In this document: piece by piece, positions 15,005 to 20,000 of the stretch
Layout of the letters: the number at the start of each line of letters is the position of its first letter
Position numbering within the stretch: position 1 is the first letter of the stretch
IMG/VR virus record: IMGVR_UViG_3300025018_001528
Direction: 5' to 3' (one strand)
DNA from: an uncultured virus (IMG/VR IMGVR_UViG_3300025018_001528)
Taxonomy: Duplodnaviria > Heunggongvirae > Uroviricota > Caudoviricetes
Length of the DNA stretch: 20,000 bases
Program-made: the position numbers and the translations under genes
Notes under the pieces: generated by a model
What the model was told of the DNA's origin: nothing
The model's input: the letters and a program-made list of their open reading frames with translations, nothing else
Databases searched by the model: none

Positions 15005-15647
15005 CGACTTTCTCCTTTTCTCGTTTTATTTTGGGCCAGTTTTCCAATATAACATAAGGTTTCCCATATTGATCTGAATCTGAATATGACTTTAAATATT
15101 GAATGGCAACATTAATCGCCGCAGCAAACTGATTGGCACCTATCATATGGGGCATACATTCCTTAATATTCCCCAGACATGGTACCCCATTTGTTTGCAT
15201 ATGCGGATGGGGATGACCAAATATATTTTGATCTAAATTCTTAAACCTTAACAACCACCCAATACCACCATTTGTTTCAAGATATATATTAAATCGACCA
15301 ATAAAATATATTTCCCCGCCATACTCAATCTTGATTGGCTTTGTGGTTACTATAATCCCATACCCCTCAAATTCAATATTTTCAATATCAGGATGAAGGA
15401 GCAAATTGTCAAATTCCGCACCCTTAAGTTCTGCCGATGGTTTGATCTGCATTGCGTCATACTCAAATTTCTTAACCTCCAGCTCTCTTATTCGGGCTAC
15501 TAATGCCTTCTGGCACTCCAAAATTTCAATATCCAAATTTGACATTTGTCTAGCGATCTTATTAATTATTTCTTGCCTTGGTTGACAGCTTATCTTAATA
15601 AAATGCTCTCTTAACTGGGCAATCTTTTCTGCCGGTAATTCCTGCAT
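14721..15647 (-). CDS. E2/UBC-like protein, paralog C (3' end overlaps the DIP1984 gene)
   Basis: EFDNLLLHPDI...HPHMQTNGVPCLGNIKECMPHMI...AAAINVAIQYLKS...NWP aligns with paralogs A and B. Confidence 0.75.
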   Translation of the reverse strand: MQELPAEKIAQLREHFIKISCQPRQEIINKIARQMSNLDIEILECQKALVARIRELEVKKFEYDAMQIKPSAELKGAEFDNLLLHPDIENIEFEGYGIIVTTKPIKIEYGGEIYFIGRFNIYLETNGGIGWLLRFKNLDQNIFGHPHPHMQTNGVPCLGNIKECMPHMIGANQFAAAINVAIQYLKSYSDSDQYGKPYVILENWPKIKREKEKVDEVSRGVDRAEGITEEDRAIIGAVGEQCQDSGGGNALRESPGVDQRDQRDERGTDASDHRDQQDERPGILEPSANAGGDAGRCVGQEGWDREEA

Positions 15648-15854
15648 TCACACCACCTTTCTTTTATTATTTTGCCGCTCATCTTGAACCTCGTGTGCTA
15701 GTTCATAAGAATAGTTTGCCAAATTTTGAATTTTTTTACTTAATGCTTTATTATTAATAACCAATTCTATAAACTCTACTACTCGTATTAGTTCACCCAT
15801 CATCTGCCCAAATGAAAACCACTGAACCGAGTTGAAATTTTTATTATTATTCAT
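15648..15854 (-). CDS. hypothetical protein (68 aa)
   Basis: ORF track. Confidence 0.6.
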   Translation of the reverse strand: MNNNKNFNSVQWFSFGQMMGELIRVVEFIELVINNKALSKKIQNLANYSYELAHEVQDERQNNKRKVV

Positions 15855-16029
15855 GATCTATTTTATCCCTGTGGTTATTATATACCAACGCAGTTGTTCT
15901 CCAAATTTCCCACCTCAGTGCGCCAATCTTTTTAAACAAATCCATCAAGTCACACTTTATGCATGCCTCATTAGCATATACCATTTCCCATGTTAATTTG
16001 TTAATCGCATCATGCTTTAAATGATTCAT
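15847..16029 (-). CDS. hypothetical protein (60 aa)
   Basis: ORF track. Confidence 0.55.
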   Translation of the reverse strand: MNHLKHDAINKLTWEMVYANEACIKCDLMDLFKKIGALRWEIWRTTALVYNNHRDKIDHE

Positions 16030-16345
16030 AGTTTTTGGGCCCGATGTAAATAATTACCCACCAAACTAGCAAACCTAACAAAAAGGTACACCCTTTTTTC
16101 ACTCCCTTCTTCTATATTTTTATCTTGTATCATTTTATTCCATTTATTCGCCATATCTTCCCATTTCCTAACCAAAGTAATTAAATGTGACATTATTTTG
16201 TTGTGGCCAATTGGGATATATCACTTATCAATATAGTCATCCGCACATATAAATAATTACTATAATTATTTTAACTACCACGTACAGGGTACGGGCTTCG
16301 ATAATACTAAGCCCTGCGTCAAATAAATAAAATTGCCGAATATCA

Positions 16346-16543
16346 TTAGATTTGCTCATCATTTCCTCGGTGGATATTATTATTTGTATCCTTTTGTATG
16401 TCCCATAGATTTTGTATTAATTTGTCTATCTTGTTTCTGGTATGTTTGCTTTTAATGGCCTCTTTCACATCACGCAAATATTGAAACATTAAAAACGTTA
16501 CTGCTATTTTAATGTGATATTTTGTTACCTTAATATCTGGCAT
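16346..16543 (-). CDS. hypothetical protein (65 aa)
   Basis: ORF track; AGGTG RBS. Confidence 0.6.
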   Translation of the reverse strand: MPDIKVTKYHIKIAVTFLMFQYLRDVKEAIKSKHTRNKIDKLIQNLWDIQKDTNNNIHRGNDEQI

Positions 16544-16546
16544 ATT

Positions 16547-16705
16547 TCACCTATAAATTATACATAATATCTTACCATAAAGTTTCATCAATCGCTTATA
16601 TGGTATACCTTTATTATCATTGGGGTGATTAAATCCTTCCAAATTACGTTTGCATGCGTTTATTTGTATTATAACTGCTTCTAAATAATGGTGTTTATAT
16701 ATCAT
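16547..16705 (-). CDS. hypothetical protein (52 aa)
   Basis: Manual translation MIYKHHYLEAVIIQINAC...LYGKILCIIYR; AGGA RBS. Confidence 0.5.
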   Translation of the reverse strand: MIYKHHYLEAVIIQINACKRNLEGFNHPNDNKGIPYKRLMKLYGKILCIIYR

Positions 16706-16871
16706 TTAATCCTACCTGTTCCTATTGGATATAATATATAAAATATACACCCATATAAATCATAACATTTATCAAACAATACATCTGAAAATATTATAAT
16801 ATCTTCCTCATTAGAAATAATTGTTGCGTTTTGTACTTGATATAATACATCACCTTGTTTTACGATTAATT

Positions 16872-17057
16872 TTATTCCCATAACATAATAATTACAGAAT
16901 TATACACACGTGCTAATCTACTATGTAATTCGCGTGTACCCATTGAGTCCCAATATAAATATTGATAATATCGCATTGTAAAACTAATATTATCTAATAC
17001 TTGTACCATATATTGGCGTTTCTTTATATCTCTAGGCATCTTTTCCTCTCTTACCAA
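16872..17057 (-). CDS. hypothetical protein (true start probably MPRDIKK)
   Basis: ORF track; GAGG before the internal ATG. Confidence 0.55.
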   Translation of the reverse strand: MVREEKMPRDIKKRQYMVQVLDNISFTMRYYQYLYWDSMGTRELHSRLARVYNSVIIMLWE

Positions 17058-17217
17058 TACTGGCCCTCAGCTTACTAAGCTCCCAATCTGCCATCAATAT
17101 TTTCATATATACACTTTTACTAAATAATCTTTGATTTTTGTATATGGCAAATAAGCCCGAATATACCATTTGTATTACCCTAAGTAAATTATGCCTTTTT
17201 ACTATTGATTTATGCAC
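17032..17217 (-). CDS. hypothetical protein (61 aa)
   Basis: ORF track. Confidence 0.55.
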   Translation of the reverse strand: MHKSIVKRHNLLRVIQMVYSGLFAIYKNQRLFSKSVYMKILMADWELSKLRASIGKRGKDA

Positions 17218-17270
17218 TAAGGTACCCTCACAGAATTAATTCGAAGTACTACTAGTGATTTCCAATATTT

Positions 17271-17519
17271 TTACTTCTTTTTCTTTACCTTTTTGGTGAT
17301 TGGAGACGGGAAAATCTCAAACCTTTTCGCACCAATCCTTTGGTATAATTCTGCAAGATCATCCCCGATAGTTTCTGCTAAACCATGAAGATCTATATTA
17401 CTTGTTATTGTTGGATGCTCTACAACAAAATCTGTGAATATTTCTAAGATAAGATGGGTTCGATCAAGTGCTTCATGATAATAAAATTCATCAAGTACCT
17501 TTTTTGTCTTATTTTTCAT
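17271..17519 (-). CDS. hypothetical phage protein (82 aa)
   Basis: ORF track; GGAGG RBS. Confidence 0.7.
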   Translation of the reverse strand: MKNKTKKVLDEFYYHEALDRTHLILEIFTDFVVEHPTITSNIDLHGLAETIGDDLAELYQRIGAKRFEIFPSPITKKVKKKK

Positions 17520-17844
17520 TTACCCTCCATTCCTGGAAAATAAAATGCCCTCCGCGTCTCGACTGCACCCACGTCATTGCCCATACTAATTGATTTCCCT
17601 CCATGGCCTGTATGATATCCTCATTCCCAGACCACCCACCAGTTGATATACTATACCGATGCACTGGCCGATCAAATAATTCATCCGTAGTATCTTCTTC
17701 TCTCCATCCCCAGTCTGCGTAATGCCAACAGGATTTAACAAATGCGAAGAATTCTGTATAATTATCACTGATTGGCCATTCATTAATCTTTTTTAATTCT
17801 GCATCCATTGGGTACCCATCGATATCAGGCATTATTTTTCCCAT
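17509..17844 (-). CDS. Trp-rich hypothetical phage protein
   Basis: DGYP...STGGWSGNEDII..W...RGGHF; GAGGT RBS. Confidence 0.7.
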   Translation of the reverse strand: MGKIMPDIDGYPMDAELKKINEWPISDNYTEFFAFVKSCWHYADWGWREEDTTDELFDRPVHRYSISTGGWSGNEDIIQAMEGNQLVWAMTWVQSRRGGHFIFQEWRVNEK

Positions 17845-18061
17845 ACCTCTTTATCGTACCACCCGCGCAAGCAAAATGCACCTCAATGGCGACCGCATTA
17901 TATGGTCTTCCTTCTCTTGCGCTGGTCTGTGCCTCAGGATCATCCCCAGGTCCAAGTGCAATTAGGGTTGTGAAATCTCCTGCAACAAACGGTTTATGAC
18001 AGGCCCTACATATCTCTCCTACACTAGGGTGATCTGCCGATTTTGGACCAAATTTTCTCAT
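17825..18061 (-). CDS. small CxxC...HxxC zinc-binding protein
   Basis: CRAC...HFAC; ATGA coupling. Confidence 0.65.
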   Translation of the reverse strand: MRKFGPKSADHPSVGEICRACHKPFVAGDFTTLIALGPGDDPEAQTSAREGRPYNAVAIEVHFACAGGTIKRYGKNNA

Positions 18062-18327
18062 TTTACTTTGTTACTCCTTTGTTGTTTTTTATATTCCCAC
18101 AAACCCTGCTCCCCTCCTTGCCCATAAATCGCAATTGTACCTGCCGCTTCATCCTTGGTCATTTTGCGTACCCCACAATGCCGTATACTGCATCTGCGCG
18201 GTCGGGACCCATCAAGTAATGACACCCCTTCGATATCATCGCCATTTATATACTCGCACCTCACCGGGTGAAACGCACAATCCTCATATATATCACCCTT
18301 TCTTATTTTCATATTTTCTCCTCTCAT
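18058..18327 (-). CDS. hypothetical protein (Cys-containing; true start may be MKIRKG)
   Basis: ORF track; GAGGAG before the internal ATG. Confidence 0.65.
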   Translation of the reverse strand: MRGENMKIRKGDIYEDCAFHPVRCEYINGDDIEGVSLLDGSRPRRCSIRHCGVRKMTKDEAAGTIAIYGQGGEQGLWEYKKQQRSNKVK

Positions 18328-18328
18328 G

Positions 18329-18493
18329 TTATGATAACCCGTGTACCCTTTGCCACAAATTGTGTAGCCTTACCCTTATGCGAAAATTGGTTGTCAGAGC
18401 AAGGGACATATGCCGCCGACGATTCAAATACATCATGGCTTGGTAAAGGAATGCCGTAACTTGTTGATTACAACTAATCTTTATTTCAGACAT
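18329..18493 (-). CDS. hypothetical protein (54 aa)
   Basis: Manual translation MSEIKISCNQQVTAFLYQAMM...LHNLWQRVHGLS; AGGAG upstream. Confidence 0.5.
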   Translation of the reverse strand: MSEIKISCNQQVTAFLYQAMMYLNRRRHMSLALTTNFRIRVRLHNLWQRVHGLS

Positions 18494-18521
18494 CCCCATT
18501 CTCCTTTAACGCGGAAGACGG

Positions 18522-18806
18522 TTATATATGCGCAGCGCGGCACGTTCTGCATTCACCATTGGACGTAATATTTTCTTTCATTAAGCCGCAATACGTACAC
18601 TGTTGCACCGGCTTCCCCTTCCGGACAGCATCAGAGATGGCTTCATATAATTCGTCGTTTCCGCATCCTTCAACCACTTTCGCATCGTCCTCCCGGACGG
18701 CTTTCACGACCCATGTTAGTTCTCGAAGAATGGGGCGTGGGTCGCAGTTGGCAATACCGCACAATTTCTTGAGTCGCAGGCGGAATACTCTCTCTTCCTT
18801 CAGCAT
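18522..18806 (-). CDS. hypothetical protein with C-terminal CxxC-CxxC
   Basis: ORF track; CTYC...CRTC. Confidence 0.65.
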   Translation of the reverse strand: MLKEERVFRLRLKKLCGIANCDPRPILRELTWVVKAVREDDAKVVEGCGNDELYEAISDAVRKGKPVQQCTYCGLMKENITSNGECRTCRAAHI

Positions 18807-18918
18807 CTTTATTTCCCCCGTGCGGCGTTGATCGCATCAAATATCCTACACAATAAGTAAATCACATATGCGAACCCCACTATGACAACAACGGTTAGCC
18901 ACAGCATCTGCAACGTCA

Positions 18919-19218
18919 TCATTTTCCTCCCCGGGCGACGTCCACAGCGTCGTGGAGGGTGGGTCCTATAGCCCTGCCGATTATTCCTGCCGCATGGAGA
19001 CTGACCGCACCGTCATTACGATAGATAAGATCAGCGTAATGCTTTTTCAGCCACTCTTCGTCCTCCCGGCGTTCCTTCAGTTCCCGATAGGCGGCGAGGA
19101 TAGTTCTAGCCATCTGGTCATCCATTGGTGGGTTCCCGAATCCGACGCCATGGTTATCCACGGCATCAGCCAGATGCTCAACCCGCTCGAAATCCTTCCA
19201 CTCGGTTTTCGTCATCAT
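18919..19218 (-). CDS. hypothetical protein (start MMTKTEW)
   Basis: Frame of ORF 18919..19401; start moved to the ATG after GGAGGG, removing the overlap with 19244..19843. Confidence 0.6.
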   Translation of the reverse strand: MMTKTEWKDFERVEHLADAVDNHGVGFGNPPMDDQMARTILAAYRELKERREDEEWLKKHYADLIYRNDGAVSLHAAGIIGRAIGPTLHDAVDVARGGK

Positions 19219-19243
19219 TTTCCCTCCTTCAGGTAGGCGGCGA

Positions 19244-19843
19244 TCATTCGACACCCCCTGCGCGGCGGCGGAGTTCGGATTGGATATACCTCCGATCGCA
19301 ATTGTCATCCAACATGCCAAGCGCCCATTCCACCGCCTCCCGTAGCCGGTGTATTTCCTTGTTGATCCTGTATTCATTTGTGTTTGCGCCATCACTCTCA
19401 CAGACTGGGCAGGAAGTCATCGCCAACCCACTTTGTGATTCCTCCCTCAGCCGCTTCGCTTCCTCTTCGTGTCGGCATGGGGGGGAAGAGGTGTATGCTT
19501 CAGTAAGGGCTTCTTTCCTACGCTGCAATTCAAGAGATGCCAAATATGCTTCGTTCATATTTCCCGCCTGCAAGTCTGGCGCGTCTATTACATTCCGTTT
19601 TATCGCCTCCCGTATCATGCACAACCTGTATTCCGTTTCCCCGTTCACTTGCTGGAGTGCTTTCTTCTGGCACTCCAACTCTTTCACGCGGGCCTGCAGT
19701 TCATCCCTGAACGCGACGCCCTTGAGCATATATTCCTCAAGGCGCTTGGCGTGGGCCTCCGCTTCCTGTAATGCGTTCTTATCAACAGCATTTAGTAATA
19801 CCCAGCGAGTGTGTTCCGCCAATCTCGATTGCAGACTGCACAT
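19244..19843 (-). CDS. coiled-coil hypothetical phage protein (true start may be further upstream)
   Basis: Heptad-rich ORF with CPVC. Confidence 0.6.
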   Translation of the reverse strand: MCSLQSRLAEHTRWVLLNAVDKNALQEAEAHAKRLEEYMLKGVAFRDELQARVKELECQKKALQQVNGETEYRLCMIREAIKRNVIDAPDLQAGNMNEAYLASLELQRRKEALTEAYTSSPPCRHEEEAKRLREESQSGLAMTSCPVCESDGANTNEYRINKEIHRLREAVEWALGMLDDNCDRRYIQSELRRRAGGVE

Positions 19844-20000
19844 CGCTTCCTGGACTTCATTTGTTGGAGTGTCTTTCGTACCGCAACATATTGCCGATCC
19901 GTTTATTTTATCGAGTACGTTGCATACCGCATAGACGATATTTTGGTAATACTCCTTTCGCTTCTGTTCTTCCTCTTTGGCGGCGTTGGCGGCGGCGAGG

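Noticed and set aside
91..19934. Plus-strand ORFs in the track (e.g. 3618..4037, 7937..8434, 14359..14823, 19125..19934)
   Set aside because: They are antisense shadows of well-supported minus-strand genes, with no recognisable motifs.

Overview
Bacteriophage-like accessory region: almost all credible genes lie on the minus strand, are tightly packed with GGAGG-type RBSs, and there are no core structural or replication genes. The main feature is an apparently co-transcribed ubiquitin-like/proteasome-type module (read 9378->3252): an ARC/Mpa-type AAA+ unfoldase (no HbYX tail, with an apparent MIB/HERC2-like insert), a Pup-like small protein ending in CEC, a DUF1360-like membrane protein, two E2/UBC-like paralogs, a JAB/MPN+ peptidase, a ThiF-type E1, a 76-aa beta-grasp Ubl ending ...RGN, and a SAM methyltransferase-like gene. 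A third E2-like paralog sits about 8 kb away. A second notable locus (13015-14097) has two diverged copies of a ~200-240 nt covarying structured element flanking an EndoVII-type HNH endonuclease gene, plus a 75-nt kissing-loop element. Other genes include a lytic transglycosylase, a metallophosphoesterase, a Lar-like protein, a DIP1984-family protein and many small hypotheticals. All family calls come from motif recognition by eye; no searches were run.
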